Origin: a candidate division WOR-3 bacterium | GTDB taxonomy: Bacteria > Hydrothermota > Tepidihabitantia > B3-TA06 | Assembly (NCBI GenBank): GCA_965649265.1 | Contig: CBFGKC010000001.1 | Coordinates: forward strand, 126,516-190,515 | DNA: 64,000 bases | Reading direction: 5' to 3' | Shown here: piece by piece, positions 28,892 to 38,354 of the stretch | Layout of the letters: every line of letters starts with the position of its first letter | Numbering within the stretch: position 1 is the stretch's first letter | Notes under the pieces: model-generated | Database searches by the model: none | What the model saw: only the letters and a program-made list of their open reading frames with translations | What the model was told of the DNA's origin: nothing | Position numbers and translations under genes: made by a program

Positions 28892-31321
28892 CTATTCCTC
28901 TTCCTCCGGAACCACCGCTATCTCCCTGGCCTCGTCTCCTTCCTTTATGGAAATCAGATGGACCCCGAGGCTCGAACGTTTCTGGAGCTTTACATCCTTG
29001 ACGTTGATGCGAATGCCTGTGCCGTTGCGGGTCACGATTATGGCGTGATCTTTTTCCCTGACCACCGCCGCGTCCACGAGAGGTCCCGAGCGTTCGTTGA
29101 CACCTATGGCGCGCATACCCTTACCTCCCCTGTTCGTGAACGCGCGAAGCTCGTCAAAGCTCATTCTTTTTCCGAAACCGTTGCGGGTCACGAAAAGCAG
29201 GAAGTAGCCCTCCCTGACAACGGTCGCGGCAACCAGCCTGTCGCCCTGGTCGAGCTTTATTCCCCTGACGCCTGCCGCGGTCCTGCCCATGGCACGCACG
29301 AGCTTGACCGCGAAACGAAGTCCCTGGCCTTTTGCCGAGAAGAGACAAAGCTCCACCGAATCGTCCGCCAGAATCGCGTCCTGTAGCCTGTCGCCCTCGT
29401 TGAGGGTTATCGCCACCAGGCCGGAGCGTCTCGTGTTCTCGAACATGGTAAGCGATGAACGTTTTATGACGCCCTGCTCGGTCACGAGCACGACGTGGAG
29501 GTTTTCCGAGAACTCCTTTACTCGCAGCAGACGCGTTATCCGCTCGCCGTCGGCGAGATTGAAAAGCTGGTACACGGGTTTTCCTCGGGCCTCGAATGAA
29601 CCCTCCGGGACCTCGTAGGCCTTCAGGAGATACGCCTTACCGAGGTTGGAGAAGAAGAGAATTGAGTCATGCGTGGAGCCTGTCAAAATCGAGGCGACCA
29701 TGTCCTCCTTGCCCAGATCGATGGTGCCCCTGCCTGCGCCGCCGCGTCCCTGCTTGCGGTATCCGGAGACAGGCATGCGCTTTATGTAACCCTGGTGAGT
29801 CAGAATTATCGTAACATCCTCTTCCGAAATCAAGTCCTCGAGCCTTATCTCCTCGGGCTTCTCGTCGCGAATCTCGGTGCGGCGCTCGTCGCCGAAGCGG
29901 CGCTTGAGGTCTGAAATCTCCTTCTCGATTACGCCCATTACGCCCGCACGTGATGCAAGAATCGCCTCGAGTCTCGCTATCTCCTTCATGAGCTCGCGGT
30001 ACTCCTCCTCGAGCTTCTCTCTCTCGAGTCCCGTCAACCTCGCAAGGCGCATGTCGAGAATGGCCTGGGCCTGGACTTCAGAGAAGGCGAAGCGCTTCAT
30101 GAGGTTCGTTTTTGCTTCCTTGGTATCAGGCGAGGTCTTGATTATCTTGACTATCTCGTCGATGTGGTCGAGCGCCTTCCTTAGCCCCTCCAGTATATGC
30201 GCACGCTCCTTTGCCTTACGAAGCTCGAACTCCGTGCGCTTGCGAACGGCCTCGTAGCGGAACTCGATGAACTCCTCAAGAAGCTTCTTTAGCGGATACA
30301 CGCGCGGGGTCATTCCCGCAATCGTCAAGAGGATTATCGAGAACGTCGACTGAAGAGGTGTGTGCTGGTAGAGCCTGTTAAGGAGAACTTCTCTCTGCGC
30401 GCCGCGCTTGAGTTCTATTACTATTCTTATGCCTTCCCTGTCCGATTCGTCCCTCAGATCGGCAATATCGGAAAGCTTCTTGGTCTTCACGAGCTCTACG
30501 ATGCGCTCGATCAAGATGGATTTGTTGAGCTGGTAGGGAATCTCCGTGATAACAATCGCCTCTTTGCCGGGCTTTGGTTCCTCGAAGCGAACCTTGCCGC
30601 GGACGGTCACCCTTCCCTTTCCGGTCATATAGGCTTCCTTTATTCCGTCCCTTCCCAGTATCAATCCGCCTGTTGGAAAATCCGGTCCGTGCACGATAGC
30701 GCAAAGCTCGTCGTCCGTCAGCTTGGGCTTGCGAATGAGTGCAATCGTCGCGTCCGCAATCTCCGTGAAGTTGTGCGGCGGGATCGACGTGGCCATGCCT
30801 ACCGCTATCCCTGAAGCGCCGTTTGTGAGAAGCTGCGGAAACGCCGCGGGCAGAACCTCGGGTTCCTGCCGGGACGCGTCGAAGTTGGGAACGAAAGTCA
30901 CGGTCTCCTTGTCGAGGTCATCAAGAAGCGACATCGCGAGCGAGGCCAGCCGCGCCTCGGTGTATCGGTACGCAGCCGGGGGGTCCCCATCAATAGAGCC
31001 GAAGTTGCCCTGACCTTGGATCAACGGGTAGCGCAGGCTGAAGTCCTGAGCCATGCGGGCAAGGGTTTCGTACACGGCCATGTCGCCGTGGGGATGGTAC
31101 TTGCCCAGAACCTCGCCGACCACGGTCGCGCACTTGCGGAAGGGTTTCGTGGGGTCCAGTCCGATGTCTTTCATGGCGTAAAGGATGCGGCGCTGAACGG
31201 GTTTGAGGCCGTCCCTTATGTCGGGAAGCGCGCGGCTCACGATAACGCTCATGGCGTAGTCGAGGAAGGACTGCCTTACCTCGTCCTCGATGTAAACAGG
31301 TTGTATGCGGCTTTCGTTCAT
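28892..31321 (-). CDS. gyrA: DNA gyrase subunit A
   Basis: [23 protein letters not shown], catalytic AAYRYTEAR and GyrA-box QGRGGAG. Start set at the ATG at 31321. Confidence 0.95.
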   Translation of the reverse strand: MNESRIQPVYIEDEVRQSFLDYAMSVIVSRALPDIRDGLKPVQRRILYAMKDIGLDPTKPFRKCATVVGEVLGKYHPHGDMAVYETLARMAQDFSLRYPLIQGQGNFGSIDGDPPAAYRYTEARLASLAMSLLDDLDKETVTFVPNFDASRQEPEVLPAAFPQLLTNGASGIAVGMATSIPPHNFTEIADATIALIRKPKLTDDELCAIVHGPDFPTGGLILGRDGIKEAYMTGKGRVTVRGKVRFEEPKPGKEAIVITEIPYQLNKSILIERIVELVKTKKLSDIADLRDESDREGIRIVIELKRGAQREVLLNRLYQHTPLQSTFSIILLTIAGMTPRVYPLKKLLEEFIEFRYEAVRKRTEFELRKAKERAHILEGLRKALDHIDEIVKIIKTSPDTKEAKTNLMKRFAFSEVQAQAILDMRLARLTGLEREKLEEEYRELMKEIARLEAILASRAGVMGVIEKEISDLKRRFGDERRTEIRDEKPEEIRLEDLISEEDVTIILTHQGYIKRMPVSGYRKQGRGGAGRGTIDLGKEDMVASILTGSTHDSILFFSNLGKAYLLKAYEVPEGSFEARGKPVYQLFNLADGERITRLLRVKEFSENLHVVLVTEQGVIKRSSLTMFENTRRSGLVAITLNEGDRLQDAILADDSVELCLFSAKGQGLRFAVKLVRAMGRTAAGVRGIKLDQGDRLVAATVVREGYFLLFVTRNGFGKRMSFDELRAFTNRGGKGMRAIGVNERSGPLVDAAVVREKDHAIIVTRNGTGIRINVKDVKLQKRSSLGVHLISIKEGDEAREIAVVPEEEE

Positions 31322-31414
31322 AACAGTAATTCTACGCCGCAAGAATGGGAAGTCAAACCCCTCCGTCCTCCTCAGTCTTCTCTAAAGCTCACTCTTGCGT
31401 GCCTTGGGTACGGA

Positions 31415-32716
31415 CTAAACGATTCTTTTGATTATCGTCTTATGCTTTTCAGTCTCACCTTCCCCTATCCTGAAACAACTCGCCAGTATTCCTGCGACCT
31501 CCTGCCCCTTCTGGCTCTCGTTTGTGTGAACGGTAGCCACAAGGTCTCCTTTCTCAATCATGTCGCCGATCTTTCTCTCGACCACGAAACCAACGGCCGG
31601 GTCAACCGCATCCTGACTCCTTCTCCTGCCCGCACCCAGCTCGACGGCCAGCATCCCTATCCTGTAAGTGTCTACTTCAGTCAAAACGCCTGTCTCGCAA
31701 GCCTTCACCTCAATCCTCTCCCTCGCCCGGGGAAGAATTGAATAATCATCAGCCGCCCTCTCATCGCCGTCTTGCTTTCTTACCATCTCCCGGAACTTCT
31801 CGAGCGCCTTGCCTGAGTCAAGATTCGAGACCGACCGCTCCCTCGCAGTCTCCTCATCAATCCCGGATAAGCAAAGCATCTGGCAACAAAGCTCGATAAC
31901 GAGCGTCCTCAAATCGGGGGGACCCCCTCCCTTAAGGCAATCGACAGCCTCTCGAACCTCGAGCGCGTTGCCCACGGCCCTGCCTGTCGGCTCGTCCATA
32001 TTGGTCAGAAGCGCGCGTGTGCGCACGCCGAACCCTGCGGTAATCCCCATAATCCTCCTCGCAAGCTCGAACCCCTCCTCCCCCGTCCTCATGAACGCAC
32101 CCGAACCGACTTTAACATCCAGAACTAACCCTTGCGAGCCCTCCGCTATCTTCTTGGAAGCGATCGATGCCGCGATCAGCGGTATGGACTCAACCGTCGC
32201 GGTCACGTCCCTAAGTGCGTATATCCTTCCGTCCGCCGGGCACAGCTGGGGTGTCTGGCCCATCATGGCCACGCCTATCTCCTCGAGATTCCTCTTGAAC
32301 TCATCCGCCGACAGATCCGTCCTGAACCCTGGAATGGCGGCGAGCTTATCCAATGTCCCGCCGGTATGCCCAAGTCCTCTTCCTGAAACCATCGGCACGA
32401 CGAGCCCGCAAGACGCGGCAAGGGGCGCGAGAACCAGCGAGACCTTGTCGCCCACGCCGCCGGTCGAGTGTTTATCCGCCTTGAATCCCTCAATCCCTGA
32501 CAGGTCGAATCTCTCACCCGACTCGATCAAGGCCCCGGTGTATGCGAGAAGCTCCTCATCCCCAAGCCCCTCAAAACTCACCGCCATCAGCCATGCAGAC
32601 ATCTGATAATCCGCCACCTTCCCGTCCATATACCCCCCCACAAACTCCCTGATATCTCCTGCATCAAGAACCTTCCCTAATCTCTTGGAACGGATGAAGT
32701 CGTAAGGTGAAATCAC
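31415..32716 (-). CDS. pdp: Pyrimidine-nucleoside (thymidine) phosphorylase
   Basis: DKHSTGGVGDK, SGRGLGHTGGTLDKL and LDVKVGSGAFM. The GTG start at 32716 is inferred from the promoter and expected family length. Confidence 0.92.
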   Translation of the reverse strand: MISPYDFIRSKRLGKVLDAGDIREFVGGYMDGKVADYQMSAWLMAVSFEGLGDEELLAYTGALIESGERFDLSGIEGFKADKHSTGGVGDKVSLVLAPLAASCGLVVPMVSGRGLGHTGGTLDKLAAIPGFRTDLSADEFKRNLEEIGVAMMGQTPQLCPADGRIYALRDVTATVESIPLIAASIASKKIAEGSQGLVLDVKVGSGAFMRTGEEGFELARRIMGITAGFGVRTRALLTNMDEPTGRAVGNALEVREAVDCLKGGGPPDLRTLVIELCCQMLCLSGIDEETARERSVSNLDSGKALEKFREMVRKQDGDERAADDYSILPRARERIEVKACETGVLTEVDTYRIGMLAVELGAGRRRSQDAVDPAVGFVVERKIGDMIEKGDLVATVHTNESQKGQEVAGILASCFRIGEGETEKHKTIIKRIV

Positions 32717-32750
32717 AAGCCATACTACTCGACCGATCCTATGTGTCAAC

Positions 32751-32778
32751 AAAAAGGGAGCCCTAAGGCCCCCTTTTT
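32751..32778. terminator. Terminator-like hairpin flanked by A and T tracts
   Basis: AAAAAGGGAGCC-CTAA-GGCCCCCTTTTT downstream of the 32793 ORF. Confidence 0.6.
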
Positions 32779-32792
32779 AAAGGTTAACTTTT

Positions 32793-33686
32793 CTACATTG
32801 TGGTGTCTACCACGCAATGAATCACAAATTTGCTTATCTCGTTATCTTTTTGAACGGCTGAAACGCTTACATCGAATGCATCGCCCTTTCGGAATCTTTC
32901 TCCTCTAAATACTACAAGAGAATATTCACCCGAAAAGCCGGGTGAAACATCCAACTTGTCTATGTTTTTTAATTCATTCTTGACAAGCATTCCTCCTTTA
33001 GGAAGTGCCTTGGTCGGAATAATTCGCGTTTCAATCTCGGCGGGTTTTTCTACCTTGATAAGAACTTCTCCTTTTATCTGCTGAAAGCCTACGTGGAACG
33101 GGAAGGAAAAGCTTGAGTCTTTAGAGGATATGTTCACAATGTCATAATTGGTATGGGCATAATTGTTGTTATACTCCTTGTCGCAAGGATGAAAAATATG
33201 TGCGTAGAAGCACACATGCGGTACACCAGCAGGAGTTATGAAATATGGTCCTGTAACCCACCGAGTGGTATTGGCTGGGATATCTGCTGCCACGGACCCA
33301 ATAGGGATGCCTTCATCAAAAAGGCCGAAGGCGAACCACTGAAAAACAACAGTAGCTCCGCGCACATCAACATTGGAGAAGTTGGTGACTTCGACTTGGG
33401 GCAGGTAAGGCCATAATGGCTTTAACTGTTGATAACTTCCCAAGATTTCAGTAGGTTGAGCCGGGAATTCGGTCAATGGATTTGTCCAAGACATCGTATG
33501 GAACTTGCCAGGCATGTAATGAGAGATATTCCCTTGGCGGGGTTTGAATATTCCGATCTCAATACTTGGGCAGCAGCATTGTTTTGGTCGAACGATTATG
33601 ATTATACCTATGACGATCACAATAGCGATTATGATCGTTATTATGATGTTTATGACTGGAAGAACAGTTCTTTTTTCTTCGGTCAT
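32793..33686 (-). CDS. Hypothetical membrane-anchored protein (low GC)
   Basis: 297-aa ORF with AGGAGG SD, Ile-rich N-terminal TM helix, CCC motif and a beta-rich domain. Confidence 0.7.
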   Translation of the reverse strand: MTEEKRTVLPVINIIITIIIAIVIVIGIIIIVRPKQCCCPSIEIGIFKPRQGNISHYMPGKFHTMSWTNPLTEFPAQPTEILGSYQQLKPLWPYLPQVEVTNFSNVDVRGATVVFQWFAFGLFDEGIPIGSVAADIPANTTRWVTGPYFITPAGVPHVCFYAHIFHPCDKEYNNNYAHTNYDIVNISSKDSSFSFPFHVGFQQIKGEVLIKVEKPAEIETRIIPTKALPKGGMLVKNELKNIDKLDVSPGFSGEYSLVVFRGERFRKGDAFDVSVSAVQKDNEISKFVIHCVVDTTM

Positions 33687-33923
33687 ATTGTGCCTCCTCG
33701 CCGGCTTATCCGACGTTTTTTTGTTAACGCCCTGCCTCTCCTTTCAGCCATATCCTTAGGAGAGTTTTTTCGGATAAAGAATTGTAATTAAAAACGAAGT
33801 TTTGTCAAGAGGTTAATGCCATTTTTTACGCAGAACTTCTGAAGAGCAAGACTCGTACGGCAGGCCCACTATCTTTTTTATATGAGACTTACAATGGGTT
33901 ATTAAAGGTTTGTCGAACCAGTT

Positions 33924-34256
33924 TCAGTAAAGCACCTCAACAGGTTTTAGTTCGAGTTCGACATCCAGGGAGACGTTTGTCTCACCCGGCTTGGGTTTGA
34001 ACTCCACCTCAAGGGGTTCGTAGTTGGGAGCGTTGAATTTGATGATGCCGGGCCTTGATGGGACTGGAGGAAGCCTGAAGTGTCCGGAGCTGTCGGTAAA
34101 AATAATCGTGTCCAGAGCGAAGGGCAGGACTTTTACTTCTGCAAGAGGCTTGCCCGAATTAATGTCTGTAACCTTGCCTTCAATACTTACCACCGTTCTT
34201 CCGCACGAGATCAGCGATAATGCGCAAACAACGTAAAGAATCAATGACTTCTTCAT
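33924..34256 (-). CDS. Lipoprotein with carboxypeptidase-regulatory-like (prealbumin-fold) domain
   Basis: GGAGG SD before MKKS, lipobox LISC, and 'IEGKVTD..GKPLAEVKV...TDSSGHFRL'. Confidence 0.75.
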   Translation of the reverse strand: MKKSLILYVVCALSLISCGRTVVSIEGKVTDINSGKPLAEVKVLPFALDTIIFTDSSGHFRLPPVPSRPGIIKFNAPNYEPLEVEFKPKPGETNVSLDVELELKPVEVLY

Positions 34257-34312
34257 CAAAAGTCCTCCGATAAGTTTATCCTTGAATAAAGATAGGCGTA
34301 TCCTGTCGTTTG

Positions 34313-35176
34313 TCAAGGTGTTGCGAACTCTCTCAGCCCCAGGGCTTTTGCAACTCTTAACGCGACGTCCGGCCTGTCCGTAATTATCCCATCTACACCT
34401 ATCTTTAAAAGATGCTCAATTTCTGCCGCTGAGTTTATCGTCCAAACATGTACTTCGATCCCCTTTTTGTGGCAGAGCCGTACAAATCCCGGAGTCACGA
34501 CGTGTACTGAGCCCGAATATTCGGGAACCTGAACCAGCCTCAATCCGCGTTTTGCGACGAAGCCGAGCCCCATCTTTTGCAAGAGGACGAGCGGTCTTAT
34601 TTCATCCTCGGAACCCGAGGTGACGATCCCAGGATCGAGAGCCCGAACCCTCTCGATAACGTCTTTGTAAACCGAGGCTACGACTACCCTCCCCTGCATG
34701 TCTTTTCTTTCAATCAATGCAACAAGACTGTCCGCTTCATGCAAAATAGAATCCTTGATCTCGATGTTAAAACGATCAGCTGGAAAGGAGTCGAAAACCT
34801 CGGCCAGGGTCGGCACCCGGACCCCTTTTCCGCGCCAGGGATAAGTAGCGCCTGAATCAGGCGTAAACCAGAAGGCGGCGTCCAGCTTGCGCAGTTCGGT
34901 ACAGGTCATCTCGCGAATAAGCCCAGCGCCGTCGGTGGTGCGGTCAACCGTCTCGTCATGAATTACCATAAGGCTGTCATCTGCGGAGAAGTGAATGTCA
35001 AGCTCCCACACGTCGGGATGACAAAGAATCTTTGTCACCCTCCAGCCGTCAATGGTGTTTTCGGGCACGAGCTGCGCGCCGGCCCGGTGAGCCATGATGA
35101 GCGGTTTAGAAATCAATGAATCCGCATCTATGCATAAAGGAAGAAGAAAGATGAGAAATAAACCTCGTGGGATCAA
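34313..35176 (-). CDS. Glycerophosphodiester phosphodiesterase (exported)
   Basis: AHRAG..PENT, ELDIH, HDETVDRTT, VWTIN and GVDGIITDRP. Confidence 0.92.
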   Translation of the reverse strand: MIPRGLFLIFLLPLCIDADSLISKPLIMAHRAGAQLVPENTIDGWRVTKILCHPDVWELDIHFSADDSLMVIHDETVDRTTDGAGLIREMTCTELRKLDAAFWFTPDSGATYPWRGKGVRVPTLAEVFDSFPADRFNIEIKDSILHEADSLVALIERKDMQGRVVVASVYKDVIERVRALDPGIVTSGSEDEIRPLVLLQKMGLGFVAKRGLRLVQVPEYSGSVHVVTPGFVRLCHKKGIEVHVWTINSAAEIEHLLKIGVDGIITDRPDVALRVAKALGLREFATP

Positions 35177-35188
35177 GCAGGCTCCGCT

Positions 35189-35659
35189 TTAATCTTCTTC
35201 GGGAAGAATGCGTTCTCTGGGCACCTCAAGAAGCGCCCTGGCGAGCTGCTCGAGGGAATCCATGAATATATCCAGATTCTGGGTAGGAAGGGTATCCATG
35301 ATACGTTTCCAGTCTTTGCGCTGCGCGTTCTGAAGTCTTTGCGCTATACGATGGCCTTTAGGCGATAGCGTTACGAAAACAACGCGCCTGTCCTCGTCCG
35401 AACGCATGCGCTCAAGCATCCGAGCGCGGACCATCCTGTCCACTAGTCCGGTCACGTTGGCCTTGGATACGCCAAGTGTCGAGGCAAGCTCGTTCATCTG
35501 CATTGCCTCCTTGCCCAGAAGCGTCTGAAGTATCAGGTACTGGGAGAAGGAAAGCTCGCCGCCGAAGGGCGTGGACGAACCGATGAGCTGAAGACCACGA
35601 ACAAGAATCGGTCCCAGCTCTTCAAGTTTCCTGACATGTTCATCAACCGAACGTCCCAT
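35189..35659 (-). CDS. MarR-family transcriptional regulator
   Basis: 'ELASTLGVSKANVTGLVDRM...DEDRRVVFVTLSPKG'. Confidence 0.92.
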   Translation of the reverse strand: MGRSVDEHVRKLEELGPILVRGLQLIGSSTPFGGELSFSQYLILQTLLGKEAMQMNELASTLGVSKANVTGLVDRMVRARMLERMRSDEDRRVVFVTLSPKGHRIAQRLQNAQRKDWKRIMDTLPTQNLDIFMDSLEQLARALLEVPRERILPEED

Positions 35660-35842
35660 ACTATTAATATGCTCAATAAATGTGATTTGTCAAGTGTACT
35701 ATTTTTGGAAAGGCACCATGTTCTTTCCCGGTCAATAGTTCTAAAGATACGCGTCGAGGAACCTTGGGACGGGAATTTACGATGTTACTCAAGAATTTAG
35801 CGGGCATGAAAACCCCATGATCATTTGCCACCCAACCACAGT

Positions 35843-37585
35843 CTACATTTCGTCGGGGGTCTCGATACCGAGGAGTGCAAGTCCTCTTCGCAGCACGCCG
35901 CCGGTCGCCTGTGTCAAAACCAACCGCGCCGTCCTTGCCTTGCTCTCCGCGCGAAGCACGGGCACCTGAGTGTAGAACCTGCTGAACTCGGTCGCTAAAT
36001 CGTATAAATATCCAGCAATCACGTGCGGCGAGTAGCGCTCGCGTGCCTCGATGACTGCCTGCGGGAAGCGTCCAAGCTGCATGAGAAGCTCGGTGCTCTC
36101 CGGTTCCGCAATCTCACTGACAACTGCGTGAACCTCCCCCTCGCCCAAATTCTCAAGCGGCTTGCGTTCCTCAGGCCCGACCTTCTCGAGGATCTTCGCG
36201 CATCTCACTGCCGCATACTGAAGATAGGGTCCCGAGTTGCCGTCGAACGCGAGCATCTTTGACCAGTCGAAGACGATGTCCTTGATGCGGTCCTGCGAAA
36301 GGTCCGCGTATATCACCGCACCGATTCCAACCTTCCTCGCGACCTCCTTCCTCTTGACTTCGGTCATCTCCGGGTTCTTTTCTTTTATAATCTCCCCGGC
36401 CCTGCGCTCGGCCTCGTCCAGCAGCTCATCCAGATACACAACTCTTCCCTCCCTCGTCGAAATCTTTCCCGAAGGCAGCGAGACCATGCCGAAACGGACG
36501 TGTTCGAGTATATCCTTGTGGCCTAATCTCTCGAGCGCTTTGGCAAGATTGGCAAAATGAAGATTCTGCTCGGTTGCGACGACGTAGACGAGCTTCGAAA
36601 CAGGCTTGAACATTTCCAGCCTCTCGAGCGCGGACGCGAGATCCCTTGACGCGTAAAGCGTGGTGCCGTCCTGCTTGCGGGCAACGAGAGGCGGTTTGTC
36701 TTCCTTGTCAGAAGTCCTGATTATCACGGCTCCTTCCGAGCGCTCGGCTACCCCCTCATCCAATAACCTGTCGATCAGGTCGTGCGCCTTGCCTTCAAAC
36801 TCGCTCTCGAACCAGTTATGGTCGAAGTGCACGCCCAGTCTCGCCACCGTCCTTTCAAAATCGGCAAGGCTTTCTACCCTGAATCGCTTCCAAAGATCGC
36901 GCTCCTTCTCACCGCCCTGTTCGAGTCTCATGAACGCGGCGCGGCCCTCGTCCTCAAGCTCGGGATGCGCCTCCAGCTCCTTGTGGAAGCGCACGTAAAG
37001 GTCAACGAGATGTTTTATCGGATCACCCTTGAACGCATCCTCCTCGCCCCAGCGTTCGTAGGCGTAAAGGAGCTTTCCGAACTGGGTACCCCAGTCCGAT
37101 AAAAAATTGATGCCCACCGTTCTCTCCCCGGCCGCTTCGAGGATATTAATGAGCGCCTGGCCTATGATGGTCGAGCGCAGGTGACCGACCGACAAGGGCT
37201 TCGCGATATTCGGCGAGCAGTAGTCAACAACCACCGTCTTCCCTGTGTCCGGATGATTCCCATACGATTGGCCCGTTTTGACCATATCGGCCACGATTCC
37301 TTCAAGCAGCAGGCCGGTTTTTGCATATACGTTCACGTAGCCGCGGTCGGCCTCGAACCTCTCAAATATTGAATCGCCCTCGATACCCTTACTCCATCTG
37401 GCTGCCAGTTCCTCTGCAAGCTTCGCAGGGTTGGTTCCTCTATCCTTTGCGTAACGAAAGCAGGGCACGGCATAAATAGCATGAGATTCCTGCGGCGGCC
37501 TGCGAATCTCCGGATGCTGGTCGGCGAACTCTGCCGACGCCAGACGCTCCACTTGCTCGTAAACGCTGTCGAATATGTACTTCAA
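35843..37585 (-). CDS. argS: Arginine--tRNA ligase
   Basis: DYCSPNIAKPLSVGHLRSTIIG, DWGTQFG, ISTREG, GPYLQYA and the C-terminal DALR domain. Confidence 0.95.
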   Translation of the reverse strand: MKYIFDSVYEQVERLASAEFADQHPEIRRPPQESHAIYAVPCFRYAKDRGTNPAKLAEELAARWSKGIEGDSIFERFEADRGYVNVYAKTGLLLEGIVADMVKTGQSYGNHPDTGKTVVVDYCSPNIAKPLSVGHLRSTIIGQALINILEAAGERTVGINFLSDWGTQFGKLLYAYERWGEEDAFKGDPIKHLVDLYVRFHKELEAHPELEDEGRAAFMRLEQGGEKERDLWKRFRVESLADFERTVARLGVHFDHNWFESEFEGKAHDLIDRLLDEGVAERSEGAVIIRTSDKEDKPPLVARKQDGTTLYASRDLASALERLEMFKPVSKLVYVVATEQNLHFANLAKALERLGHKDILEHVRFGMVSLPSGKISTREGRVVYLDELLDEAERRAGEIIKEKNPEMTEVKRKEVARKVGIGAVIYADLSQDRIKDIVFDWSKMLAFDGNSGPYLQYAAVRCAKILEKVGPEERKPLENLGEGEVHAVVSEIAEPESTELLMQLGRFPQAVIEARERYSPHVIAGYLYDLATEFSRFYTQVPVLRAESKARTARLVLTQATGGVLRRGLALLGIETPDEM

Positions 37586-37613
37586 TCAATCTCCTTTGCT
37601 AAGTGTACCGCCG

Positions 37614-38351
37614 TCATGCCGCGGTGTCAACGAAAAGTATTCCCTCCCCCTCCATCGGCAGGCTGGAAAGAACCCATCCCTTCTCGTCCACGAACCAGGC
37701 CCCGCCGAAGGAATCGTCAGTCCCCTCCCCCTCGTAAAGATTTACCGCGAGCGTTCTGGCTCCTATCATACTGAATCTCTTGCAGTATTCCTCAAGTTCC
37801 GCCGGCCACTCCTTGCCCGGATCCCGCGCTCTCAGGAAAGGATATAGAAGGTATTCGGGCTCGAGCGCCTTCATCCTTGCCACGATTCCATCGTCCCATA
37901 CATCCCCGCAAACGAGCACGCCCAGTTTTCCGAAAGGCGTCATGACGGTTTTCACCCCCTCACCCACACAATAGATCTGCGGATCATCTTCGGGTCTATG
38001 CCAGTGAGGATCAATCCTGCGATAGTGCAGCGCGAGGTTGCCTTCGGGGTCGAAAAAAACGTAGGAGTCGTAAATCCTGGCCCCCTCCCGCTCAAGCAGT
38101 CCTGCCGCGAACCACACTTTGCTCGACTTCGCGAAAGCGCCCCACTCCTCGCAGAGCGGCCCGGATACGGTTTCCGCAATCCTCAGATCGTGTTTCACCT
38201 CCCCTGTATCCGCAAGCCCTGTTGCAGCCGCCTCCGGAAACACGATGAGTTCAGCACCCATATCCAGTGCGCTCTCCGCGAGGGCAAGAATCGTTCTCCT
38301 GTTTTCCTCGAAATTCCCGGTCACTTTGTTTGAGACAATAGCGGCCTTCAT
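37614..38351 (-). CDS. Carbon-nitrogen hydrolase (nitrilase superfamily)
   Basis: IVFPEA, HYRRI and GVLVCGD. The catalytic Lys position appears as Arg. Confidence 0.85.
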   Translation of the reverse strand: MKAAIVSNKVTGNFEENRRTILALAESALDMGAELIVFPEAAATGLADTGEVKHDLRIAETVSGPLCEEWGAFAKSSKVWFAAGLLEREGARIYDSYVFFDPEGNLALHYRRIDPHWHRPEDDPQIYCVGEGVKTVMTPFGKLGVLVCGDVWDDGIVARMKALEPEYLLYPFLRARDPGKEWPAELEEYCKRFSMIGARTLAVNLYEGEGTDDSFGGAWFVDEKGWVLSSLPMEGEGILFVDTAA

Positions 38352-38354
38352 GCG

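Noticed and set aside
30975-31930. GGGGTCCCC/GGGGACCCC matches inside gyrA and pdp
   Set aside because: They encode Gly/Asp/Pro residues in coding sequence and lack the 14-3-14 hairpin, so they are not members of the repeat family.
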